Below, piece by piece: positions 1-11,365 of a stretch of 64,000 bases of DNA. The position numbers and the translations under genes are program-made. Below the pieces are notes generated by a model. That model had not been told where the DNA came from. It did not search any database and saw only the letters and a list, made by a program, of their open reading frames with translations. The stretch lies in assembly GCF_009914755.1 (NCBI RefSeq), contig NC_060936.1. One strand, 5' to 3'. Position 1 is the first letter of the stretch, and each line of letters starts with the position of its first letter. Origin of the DNA: the human T2T-CHM13v2.0 reference genome, Homo sapiens.

Positions 1-178
1 ATTACTTGTCCAATTTGTTGAGGTCATTTTCAATTCTAATTGCATCCCCCAAGACTTTAGCCTACACTTTAAATTCAGTCTCATCTATGAACTTAATGAG
101 TATGCTGTTTCGGTAACAAAGTCATGGATGATCATCTTAACTAGAAATGAATCCAGGACTGAGCCCTGTGCAGCACCA
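1..178 (-). mobile_element. CR1/L3-type LINE reverse-transcriptase fragment
   Basis: Minus-strand degenerate translation GAAQGSVL...ILIKFIDET...IRIENDLNKLDK resembles the CR1 RT motifs GVPQGSVLGP / IKFADDTKL / IQxDLxxLE. Confidence 0.7.
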
Positions 179-372
179 TTTTTAGTGTTTACTCATTAGA
201 GGAAATGTATAGGCAGGTGCTTTAATGAAGTTCAGTTTAGAAAATATAGGCCTCCTTCTTCAGCATCTGGAATTACTTGGCTAGAATTTTTAACATTTTT
301 GGCAATTCAAGGCTGTATTTCTATACAAGTGAAATTTAATTAATCAAAGTCATTCTCAAAATGTAACCTTAA

Positions 373-711
<339 letters not shown>

Positions 712-819
712 AAAATGTAACTTAAAAAAACCCCAACTCATTATTTTGATTATGAAAGTCAGTACCTATTTTCACCATTCTTCCCTGAGAATCACTTGTG
801 GGCACACTCTGCCTTGCTG

Positions 820-965
820 AAGGAGCACTAAGTAGGAGGCAAGGTGCTGGCTTCTAGTTCCATCTCTGCTATTCAGCGTATGATCTTGGGTGAGTCACCA
901 AACCTTTCTCAGCCTAGACCTTATCTTCATCAAATGTGCCTTCCAGATCCAAGAAGCTATGACTC
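820..965 (+). mobile_element. MIR fragment
   Basis: tgatcttgggtgagtcaccaaacctttctcagcct matches the MIR core. Confidence 0.6.
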
Positions 966-1164
966 TCTCTTAAGGGCTAATTATTCTCAGTGGCTAATTA
1001 TTACATGTATACTTTGATTATAAGCATTCCCATGACACTTACATATAAGATTACAACTTCAAACACATTTAAGAAGTAAAAGTTAGACTAGCTTTGCATA
1101 TTGCCTAGAATTCATTTGCCAAAAATGCATGTTTATTTGCTTATGCATTCCTTCTCCGTGCGTG

Positions 1165-1392
1165 CTCAAATATTTGAATGCTGGTTATGTGTCAGATACT
1201 CTGATAACTGTTATTTTCTCATGAGGTCCCCATCTACCGATATGATATTTCAGAATTCTCACTTGAAAAATGAGGAAACTGAAGCCCAGACTGGTTTAGT
1301 GACTGCTCAGGGCCATGGAGCTGGCTTTGGCAGAGTTGGGGCTTGGCTTTGGGTTTTGGGACGTAGAGTTCTGAAATCTTTCCATTATGCTA
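1165..1392 (-). mobile_element. MIR
   Basis: aatgaggaaactgaagcccaga is the reverse MIR core. Confidence 0.7.
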
Positions 1393-1685
1393 TGATTGCA
1401 TGGCTACCTAGCTTATTCTTCAAACTCAGTATATGCCACAAAAGAATACACCATCAATTATAGCAGCAACCAATTAAAGGCCTCACCACACAATAGAGAA
1501 CTGTCTCTTTTTCAATGATGAATGACCATCAACTTAGTCTGTGAAGACGAAAGTTATTCTAAAATTTCTTACACTGGAAATGTGTAAATAATTTTCTTTA
1601 GGAAATATATAAAGGCTATTTTCTAAAGGATACTTGAATCTGAGTCTGGAAAAGAATAATTTTGAAGAAGTCAAATTCTTAGTAC

Positions 1686-4090
1686 CAGGTGTACCTAGGA
1701 GATATTACAGGTTTGGTTCTAGACCACCACAATAAAGCAAGTATTATGATAAAAAAGTCACACAAATTTTTGTTTCCAAGTGCATATAAAAGTTATATTT
1801 ATACTATACTGTAGTCTGTTAAGTGTACAATAGCATTATGTCTAAAATCACAATTCATATACCTTAATTTAAAAATACTTCGTTGCTAGAAAATGCTAAG
1901 GATCATCTGAGCCTCCAGTGAGTTGTGATCTTTTTGCTGGAGGAGGATCTCGCCTCCACGTTGATGGCTGCTGACTGATCAGGGTAGTAGTTGCTGAAGA
2001 ATGGGGTGACTATGGCGATTTCTTAAAATAAAACAACAATGAAGTTTGCCACAACAATTGACTCTTCCTTTCATGAAAGATTTCTCTGTAGCATGCTACA
2101 TTATTTGATAGCATTTTACCCACAACAGAACTTCCTTCAAAATTGGAGGCAATCCTCTCAAACCCTACTACTGCTTTATCAACTAAGTTTATGTAATATT
2201 CTAAATTCTTTTTCGTTATTTCGACAATGTTATGGCATCTTCATTAGGAATAGATTTAATCTCAAGAAAACACTTTCTTTGCTCATCTGTAAGAATCAAC
2301 TCCTCATTTCCTCAAGTTTTATCATGAGTTTGAGCAATGCAGTCACATCTTCAGGCTTTATTTCTAATTCCAGATCTCATACTGTTTCCACCACATCTGT
2401 AGTTAACTCCTCCACTGAAGTCTTGAATTCCTTAAAGTCATCCATGAGGGCCGGAATAAACTTTTTCTAAACTTTTGTTAATGTTAATATTTTGACCTCC
2501 TTCCATGAATCACGAATGTTCTTAATGACATCTAAAAGGGCAAATTCTTTCCAGAAGGTTTCAATTTACTTTGCCTACATCCATCAGAGGAATCATTACA
2601 TATGGCAGCTATAGCCTTATGAAATGTATTTCTTAAATAATAAGACTTGAAAGTTACAATTTTTCCTTGATCCATAGGCTGTTGAATGAATATTGTGTTG
2701 ACTGGCATGAAAAAACATTAATGTCCTTGTACATCCACATGAGAGGTCTTGAATGACTAGATGTATTTATTGTCAATGAGCAGTGATATTTTGAAAGGAA
2801 TCTCCTTTTTTGAACAGTAGGTCTCAATAGTGGGCTTAAAATATTCGGTAAATCATGTTGTAAACAGATGTGCTCTCATCCAGGCCCTGTTTTTCCATTG
2901 ATAGAGCATGGATAGAGTAAATTAAGCCGAATTCTGAAAGGCCCTAGGATTTTTGGAAGAGGTCAGTGAGCACTGGCTTCAACTTAAAATCATCAGCTGC
3001 ATTAGTCCCTAACAGGAGAGTCAGCCTGTCTTTAAAGCTTTAAAGCCAGGCATTGACTTCTCTTCTCTAGCTATGAAGGCCCTAGATGGCATCTTTTTCC
3101 AATAGAAGGCTGTTTTATCTATATTGAAAATCTGTTGTTTAGTGTAGCCACTTCATCAATGATCTTAGCTAGATCTTATGGATAACTTGCTGCAGCTTCT
3201 CCATCAGCACTTGCTGCTTCACCTTGTACTTTTATGTTATGAACATGGCTTCTTTCCTTAAACCTCATGAAGTAACCTCTGCTAACTTCTAACTTTTCTT
3301 CTACAGCTTCCTCACCTCTCTCAGCCTTCAAAGAATTGAAGAGAATTAGGGCCTTCCTCTGAATTAGGCTTTGGCTTAAAGGAATGCTGTGGCTGATTTG
3401 ATCTTCTATCTAGACCATGAAAACTTTCTTCATGTCAGCAATCAGGCTGCTTTGCTTTCTTATCATATGTGTGTTCACTGGAGTAGCACTTTTGGCTTCC
3501 TTCAATAAGCTTTCCTTTTCATTCACAACTTGGCTAATTGTTTTGTACAAGAGACCTAGCTTTCAGCCTTTCTAGGTTTTCCATGAGGCTTCCTCACTAA
3601 GCTTAATCATTTCTAGCTTCTGATTTTAAATGATAGATGTGCAAATCTTCTTTTCACTTGAACACTTAGAGGCCATTGAAGGGTTATTAACTGGACTAAT
3701 TTCAATGTTGTGTCTTAGGGAATAAGGAGATCCAAGGAGAGGAAGAGAGATGGGAGAAAGGCCAGTTGCTGGAGCAGTCAGAGCACATAAGATGTTTATC
3801 AATTAAATTTGCTGTCTTATCTGGGTGTGGTTGGTGGCATCCCAAAACAATTACAGTAGTAACATCAAAGATCACTGATCACCATAACAGATATAATAAT
3901 AATGAAAAAGTTTGAAATATTGTGAGAATTACCAAGATGTGACACAGAGACATGAAGTGAGCACATGCTGTTGGGAAAATGGCAGCTGTAGACTTGCTCT
4001 ACCCAGGACTGCCACAAATGCTCAATTTGTAAAAAACACAGTGTCTGTGAGGTGCAATAAAGTGAAGCACAATAAAACCAGGTGTGCCTG
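1686..4090 (-). mobile_element. Tigger1 DNA transposon, essentially full length (~2.4 kb), transposase disrupted
   Basis: Termini caggtgtacct...aggtgtgcctg match the Tigger1 TIRs; both subterminal regions and the interior match Tigger1; no intact minus-strand ORF in the track. Confidence 0.93.
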
Positions 4091-5080
4091 TGCTAATTTC
4101 TTCAGAGAAATAAACAATTTCTTTCTCCTCCTCCTCTTCCTTTTTTTTTTCTCTCCAAACCCTAGTTTTTCATTTTCTTTCCCACTTGATATGGGATTAG
4201 GCCTCTAGGTAGAGGGAATGATGTCAACAACTCCTTTCCCTGACCTCCTTCAGCATTTCTCCTGTCCAATTCACTGATTTCTCTGATTCACTCGCATTTT
4301 CCCTCAAGGCAAGTTCTACATAAATAAATGTTTAAGTAACAGAAAGAGAAGGGGGTGACTCTTAAAGACTTAGTTGTGGAATCTGGGGAAGAGTAAAGAG
4401 AAAGAGGTAAATTGGAGAGGAATGATTAGAAGAAACTCAAAGGCATCATTTCACCACATAAATTTATATTCTTCTAGTCAGTCACCTTGGACACTGAAAG
4501 TTTTTCTTTCTTAACTCCCCAGACAGTGTTCACTGGTAAGTAGTCTACAACAGCTGCTACCTGGAACAAAAACGAAGAGCTGGATACAGCGGCAGATATG
4601 AGAGGTAGTGATAGGAAGTTTCTCTCCCTGATTTACAAAAAGTAATTCAAAGACATATATGCAACATTTCTAATGACAAGCTTTGGAATAGAAGCATCTG
4701 CACTCTCCTTGCTAAGCTTTTCTTTTATTACCCATTTCTCTTCCTCCAACTCTATCTACTGTCTTTGACTCCTCTTCTTTAAGAATACCTGCCTTAGTGT
4801 GTCTCCCATATACAGGAATAAAGGCACTGACATTCCTTTTATGTTTTACATACATCAGCTGTTTAAATCCTCACTGTAATAAAAAGTGGTAGATATTATT
4901 GTGGATACACCCAAAGGGGACCACACTGGGTTACTGCCCTGTGTAATCCCCTCCCTGTGACTTTCTTTTAAACAATAGAATATGGAAAAGTGATACAATG
5001 TCACTCCCTTAATTAGGTTATGTTTTAATCGCAAAGGTGATATAATGTCACTCCCATGATTATGTCATGTTATATAAGCT

Positions 5081-5152
5081 TTCGCTTTCTTCTTCTTCCT
5101 CTTCCTCTTCTTCCTCCTCCTCCTCCTCCTCTTCTCCTTCTCCTTCTTCTCT
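5081..5152. repeat. (CTT/CCT)n simple repeat
   Basis: Direct reading; adjoins the FLAM tail. Confidence 0.9.
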
Positions 5153-5160
5153 TATTTCCG

Positions 5161-5294
5161 TATTTATTTTCATTTTTTAGAGACAGGGTTTCACTATGTC
5201 ATCCAGGCTGGTCTCAAACTCCTGGGCTCAGACTATCCTCCTGCCTCAGCTCCCAAAGTGCTGGGATTACAGGTGTGAGCCACTGCACCCAGCC
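5161..5294 (-). mobile_element. FLAM_C Alu monomer nested in the MLT1E
   Basis: Single left-arm monomer: agagacagggtttcactatg...gtgagccactgcacccagcc. Confidence 0.9.
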
Positions 5295-6699
5295 ACAAAA
5301 TTTCTTCTTAACACACTTGAGAAAGAGATTCTCCTCTTGGCCTTGAGGAAGTAAACAGCCATTTGTCAACTACCTATGAAGAGGGTCGCATGGCCAGGAG
5401 CTGTGAGCTGTGAGTGGTTTCTAAAAGCTGAGGGTTGTTTCCAGTCAATACCCAGTAAGAACCTCAGCCAAATAGCCACAAGCAAATGAATTCAGCCAAT
5501 GAGCAGCAGACACTTAGAAGTAGCATCTTCCTCACTCAAGCCTCAAGATGAAAACATAGCAGGGCTGACACTTTGGTTGCATCTTTTGAGACCCTGAGTA
5601 GAAGATCCAGTTAAAGACATGCCTGGAGTCTTGACCCCCAGAAACTGTGATATAAGAAGTATGTGCTGTTTAAGCCACTGGGTTGATGGAAATTTATTAT
5701 GCAGCAATAGAAAATTAATACAATTGTTATCTCTTTTTAATAGAAGAGGAAATTAAGCTTTGGAGAACTTAAGTATGTGAGCTTTTGATAATTTGAGTAA
5801 GTTTGTTCAAGGTCACACAACCCATAAAGCAACAGGACTCATACTTAAACTTAAGTCCTCCTGAAGCCCAAAGGTTAAATGCTGTCCAATCCACCATGTT
5901 GCTTTTCCACAATTCTCTTCTCATTAACTTTCATTGTTGACTGAATATAACTATGTATGGATTACAATATGACTTCTGGTGATTTTGAACCCATAATGTA
6001 TATGGTCTTGAAGTTAAAAATAATTGAAGTAGTCTGTTCCTCTCCCCATGCCCTCCTCCCTGGCCATCGTGTTAAGGAATGCTGCCCACCTCTTACCCCT
6101 GAAAGAGCGGAGAGGAGGAGAGGAAAGGGGCTGAATAGAATAGAGGGGTAGCCTGACTAGCATTGAAGAGAGGTCCACACCCACTCAAAAGGGGAATTCA
6201 GTGAATGTCTTCCAAAAGATAACTGCTCCACCTAGGAAAAAGCTCTGAGGGTCACAAATAATGAGCCTCTCACCAGGAATACCCCAGAGGCAGAAGCCTA
6301 GGGCCTATGAATAAGGTTCCATGCTCTGGGTTAATGAATCCCGCAGCTTCTCCTCAATACTATTGGTTTCAGTTGGATGAAAGGACGCTGGCAGTGGGAT
6401 GACTTTGAGCTTGACGAGTCAGAGAGCATTGGTTGAGATATCTTAGGGGCTGTCTGTTTGATGTGGATTATAAAGGCTGAAAATTCATTGGTGAGGCTTG
6501 GCTGGGCCTGTCTGCTGTTGGACCAAATTGGACTGTATTATATATGGGCCACAGTTAAATCACTAGAACAGTAATAAACTAGGTGTATCAAAATATTGAC
6601 ATGCCAAATTACATGAGAGCACATACGGAGTAGTATAAACCCTAGCTCTATCTAGTCTATCATATTGCTGAATTTCTAAAGCACAGTTTCAGAAAAAGC

Positions 6700-6850
6700 T
6701 CAACGGACAGTTGAGAACTTATTCCATGCCAGGCCCAGGGCTGAGTGCTGTGAGGGAAACACAGGGTGAGTTTTACATAGCTCTCACCCTCCTAGAGTAT
6801 CTAATCCAGTAGCATAGAGAAGTATAAACATTAATAACTAAACAACCTTA
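6700..6850 (-). mobile_element. L2 3' fragment
   Basis: ttgagaacttattccatgccagg...ctcaccctcctagagtatctaatccagt resembles the reversed L2 tail. Confidence 0.55.
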
Positions 6851-7452
6851 CAGACATTTGGAATTAGCCTCTTTGGAGCAAGCAATGATGAAGGGCACAG
6901 CTGGCACTGGCTTTAACGCAGCCAAGTAGGTGACACTAAGTCACTTGGAAGACCAGGCAGCAGGTGTGAAAAGCTTAAGGGGCAAGGTGTCACTTGCTAT
7001 AAGAAGTCCTAGGATTTAAAATTTCCTCCCACTGCCACAGAGAAAGCAGTTTCTCCTTTGATGAAAGACCTTATTGCAGTTAGCGCCTTTGACAATAGGC
7101 AGGGTCCAGTTGAAAGGACCATGAGTTCAATGAACATTTCTGGATTTTATCATCTCCACCTTCCAAGCAGAAGGCAATCACAGGAAGTGTGGAGTGAGGA
7201 CTTTAGAATAAGTATAACAAATCTCTGCCCTGGAGGATCTTGTGATCTAGTTAAGGAATACTAAATTACATGCTAAATTAAATACCTAAGAGGCATAGGA
7301 GCTGTAGGAGCCTTATTGTTACATCTCCTTGAGGGTCCAGTATCTTCTTTAATTTATTAGGATATTGGTTTTAACATATGTGCTATGTGTGGTTGACATC
7401 ACAAGGGAGAGAAGGAGAAGAAAGAGGGATAAGAAGAAATAGCCTGGGAAAA

Positions 7453-7685
7453 AATAGCACAATGGACAAAAATACTGGCTTTAATCACACACTGGTTTGA
7501 ATCTGGGCCCTGCCACTAGTGTAATTGTGAAACCTTGAGCAATTCCCTGCTACCTCTGAGCTCAGCTTCCTCATTTGGAGGGGATATTACTGATCTTGCC
7601 AGGGGTTGTTAGGAATAAGCAAGATAATGTATGTGAAGCCGGTAGCATGAGGATTTGCATCTAGTAGATGCTCAAAAGTAATTTA
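7453..7685 (+). mobile_element. MIR
   Basis: tttgaatctgggccctgccact...ctctgagctcagcttcctcatt...tagtagatgctcaa. Confidence 0.8.
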
Positions 7686-7904
7686 TCAAAGGAAGGAACA
7701 AAGGCAGGCAGGGAGAGAAGACAGAAGATAGAAGTGGGAGGGACTCGCTCTTCTCTACTGCCTTATTTTCCTTGAGTGTTTTAGGTTTTCGGCTGAAGCT
7801 TCTCTGTTATATACCTTCTTCTTTCCTTTTAGCAAGAGGTCAACTGGTGCTGAGAACAGCTTACAATTGGTTCCTATGAGCACTTCCACAAGATTACAGG
7901 TATT

Positions 7905-8125
7905 CAGGGAAAAAATTAAATCATAGTAAAATATGTTGGATAAATGCTACAGTGAAATTAAGCAACTTTTTTTACTACAGGAATCTTAGAGCCTACATTT
8001 TTTAATGTGCATTTTAACTCTTCGAGATGATAATATAATAGACAGCATTTCCCAAGTTAACTTGATAGAAACCAGTTTTTCATTGTAGATCACATGGGGT
8101 TAGGGTCCATTGAATACAAGTTGAT
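7905..8125. mobile_element. MER103-type hAT-Charlie element
   Basis: tttactacaggaatcttagagcct...aatgtgcatt...cagcatttcccaag matches MER103C. Confidence 0.6.
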
Positions 8126-8199
8126 ATTTATATCAAGATATCATACCAGTGGACACCAGACTGTTTGGGAAAATGTCCCCAGAAGAAGCTGCTTGGAAA

Positions 8200-8360
8200 A
8201 TAATCTGGAAGATGAGCCCCATCTTCTGCATAACTAAGTGGTATGACCTTGCACTAAATCATTCAAACCTCTGGCCCCCTGGTTTTCTCATGTGCAAAAT
8301 AGAAGGATGAAGATACATATTCTAAGTACCCTTCTAGCGCTAACAGTTTAACATTTCTAT
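8200..8360 (+). mobile_element. MIR (MIR3-like)
   Basis: tgaccttgcactaaatcattcaaacctct...ttttctcatgtgcaaaat...cccttctagcgctaaca. Confidence 0.7.
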
Positions 8361-9109
8361 GTGAGCATAAACTACATGATTAAGAATTTGAAAACTATAC
8401 ACATTACTATGTTCCTTCTAGAGAACCAGCAATTCACTTCAACAGAAGCTTCGGAGGTGTTCACTGAGCAGCCACTATACACCATGCTGTGTGGTAGATG
8501 CCCTGCACTGCCCAGGCTCCTTCGATTGATGGTTCCTGGAAGAGTTTGCCTTATGAACAAAGCAGAAAGAGGAAGAAATCTCTTTGGCTTGGCAGTCAAG
8601 GCCCTCCAGAGTCTAGGCATTTGATATTCTTCATCTCCCAATAATTATGCCAACCTTGGTCTTTCACTCCTTCCTCTCCTCCATGTGGACACTCCCTTCA
8701 TATGAAAGTATTCCACATGCCTTCTCCACATGCCCAGTCATGTGCTTCCCTCCTTCCTTCGCAGCATTATCTTGCCTGAAACCTGTCCCCTTCCTCCCCT
8801 CTGTCAATGTAAATTCTCTTCTTCTTTCAGGACACCAATCAGATCACAGGAAGTCTGCCCTGTCCCCATAGTAGGGACCTTCTCTCACTCACTTACAATT
8901 CAGCAGACCATAGTGTGTGCCTTCTCACTAAGATGATAGAAAATCCCCTTTACATGTGTGTTGATTTATCTTACCCATGAAATCTTAAAAGGTAGAGATT
9001 CAGGACGACCAGCCACCCTTTCTTTCTGCTGGAGTTCTGAACAAGAAATTATATCCCATGAACATCAATTGGCAAATGGGGGAAAAAAGTCCCACCTCAT
9101 TCAGTTCAG

Positions 9110-9420
9110 TAACTCCTAATCCATCTTCTCAATGAGGTCTGCCTTACTTAAAATGTCAACACACTCCCTGTAACATTTCAGACCTCCTCCCTTGCTTTAT
9201 CTCTTCAACACTTATCTCTGTCTAACAAATTGTATGATGTATAATTATATTGTATAATTTACTTATTCCCAACATTTTCTATCTTTCCTGCTAGAATGAA
9301 TACTCCATGAAGGCATACATTTTTGTCTTTTTTGTTACTGAACCCTGGTGCTCGAGTAGTAGATTAGTTCCTGGTGCATAGTAGGTGCTGAACAAACTTT
9401 TTTAAGTAAATAAATGAATG
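9110..9420 (+). mobile_element. L2 3' end
   Basis: ctagaatgaatactccatgaaggca...cctggtgcatagtaggtgctgaacaaa...aatgaatg. Confidence 0.8.
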
Positions 9421-10249
9421 CAGAACTCTCTGGTCAAAGCTGAGTTAGAGAATACCATTTAACCTAAAGGACTTCATATGGCCTCTTACTCTCTGCTCTT
9501 CTACCTTGCAAATCTGTGCTGGGATCTTTCCACTAAATGAGAGGGAAGTCCAATTTGAAGCATACCTGCCAGTGCTAGAAGAAAAGGGGCAAGAGAGATA
9601 GCAAGAATACATCTGATTGTCTCAAAAGCCAAGGCCTAAGATGGCTTATATCTTCCCAAGGTCTAGTACCTCAGGCAGGGATGGCCTATGGTAGAAAAGA
9701 GAAGAAATGACAAGGGCAATGTGGGCCCAGGAATGGTCTTTGATAGTGGAGTCTGTCCTGCATTAAAACCAGGCATGTGGTCAATAAAATTAATCAGCAG
9801 CCATGTGTAGACAGCGGGGCCTCCAACATCTGTCCCCAACCCAGTGGGGACAAGAATCTAGAAAGAAGTTTAATTATTTTGGGAAAAGAAACAGGGATGA
9901 GACGGGAAAGAAAAATATCTCAGTGTAAACTTTGTCAAAAAATAGCACCACTACCTTTATATTCAGCATAAAATGGTGGCTCAATGAATATTAGCTGATT
10001 GATTGGCTGGTGTTGATTTTATAGGCGTTTGTAGAAATTCTGGAAGTGAAATAGTGGCAAGTATAATGTCCATCCATTTTACTGGGCTTAGAATCCATTG
10101 CTGATATTTCCCACTCAGTGTAACTCTAACCCTAACTCCTTAATATGAACCCTTCTCTACCTGTCTCATAACTAAGCTAGAAAACAGCCTATATCAGAAG
10201 TTGTTTTCTAGTGCCAGTAAACAGAAATTAGTCCAGTGGTCTATGCGAA

Positions 10250-10405
10250 ATGTCCATGAGGTTTGAACAGATCCACGTTTCTCTGACTTGATATTTGCGT
10301 AATCCTGAAAAAGTCATCTAACCTCTCCAGATCTTGGTTTCCTCATCTATAAAACTAGGATAATATTTATCCAGTAAGATGCGTTATGAGAATTAAATGA
10401 GAACA
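10250..10405 (+). mobile_element. MIR
   Basis: aagtcatctaacctctc...ggtttcctcatctataaaact...gagaattaaatgaga. Confidence 0.8.
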
Positions 10406-10512
10406 GGATTTGATCTGTTCATCCATTTAACATTTAATGAGCATTTACTGTGTTCTAGGCTGCATCATGCACTAGGAATCTAGAGACTAAAGAGTCAGTT
10501 CCCACTCTAGGG

Positions 10513-11076
10513 AACTTATACCCATCCATAAGAAATGTATTATGGTTCTCTGAATCTACCATACCCTTTTCACCTCCTTGCACTACACATGGTTTCTGCT
10601 TTGTCTAGAGGGGCCACTTTTCCTCCTCCTACCTCAGACTTTAGCACTTGGCTAACTCTTCATTACTCTTGAAGGTTCACTTCAAATGTTTCCTTCTCTG
10701 GCAAGCTTTTCCTGACCTCTCTGCAGCCTCTGTGGAGAGGCTCTCTGTATCCTCTGGAGAAGAGGTACAAGTAAACATGAGCAAGTGCAATATGGTGCAA
10801 TAAATGCATGGATGAAGTGTGTTGGTTAGTTTGGAAACACCTAATCTGTTTCTAATGGAGGCCGCAGAGAAGTCAGGAAAAGCTTGCCAGAGAAGGCAAC
10901 ATTTGAACTGAGCCTTCAAGAACTGTGAAGAGTTAGCCAAGTGCTAACAGTCTGATGTAGGAGGAGGAATATTGGCCCTTCTAGACAAAGCGGAAACCAT
11001 GTGCAGTGCAAGGAGGTGAGGAAGGTATGGTAGATTCAAAGAACCATAATCAATTTATTATGCATGGGTATAAGTT
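10513..11076. repeat. Inverted repeat: arms 10513-10730 and 10858-11076, 127-bp spacer
   Basis: Manual alignment of the left arm to the reverse complement of the right arm: about 24 differences in 219 columns (~89%). Confidence 0.95.
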
Positions 11077-11113
11077 AAGAAATTATGGAAAAAGAGAAGG
11101 AAGAGGCAAGCAA

Positions 11114-11365
11114 GACACACCAATGGGCAGGCGGCCTAACTCCAATCACCAATGTCTCTTTCAGAAAGCAGACACAAATGGTTCAACTGCATAAGGCAAA
11201 GAGAGTCAAAGGTCTGTCTCTGATCACTCAGTAGCAAGATTCTGAAGAAAGCTGCTCTAGATTGTTATTACTGAGAATTACTAAAAAGGCTGAAGAAAGA
11301 AGACGGTGGAAAAATTCAACTTCCTTTCCAACTATCCTTCCCAGCAAGGTAGCTGTTAACAAAGA
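11114..11365 (+). repeat. Direct repeat copy A (paralogous to 14873-15140)
   Basis: gacacaccaatg...gtagctgttaacaaaga; about 29 substitutions and 3 indels versus copy B (~88%). Confidence 0.95.

Larger units (their letters stand above)
4900..5722 (+). mobile_element. MLT1E-type MaLR solo LTR
   Basis: TG...CA ends; 3' end ttaagccactg...gcagcaatagaaaattaataca; 5-bp TSD attat/attgt. Confidence 0.85.
4820..5905 (-). mobile_element. MIR split by an MLT1 LTR
   Basis: tttaaatcctcac...agatattat [LTR] tgttatctc...gaggaaattaag...caaggtcacacaa forms one continuous MIR once the LTR is removed. Confidence 0.65.

Noticed and set aside
2039-2470. 143-aa ORF (and 3912-4208)
   Set aside because: Antisense to the Tigger1 transposase or terminus; not a gene.
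4987-5071. Internal ~45-bp repeat in the MLT1E LTR
   Set aside because: Probably part of the subfamily consensus rather than a local event.
6050-6615. Possible ancient LTR-like segment
   Set aside because: Could not assign a family or TSD by eye.
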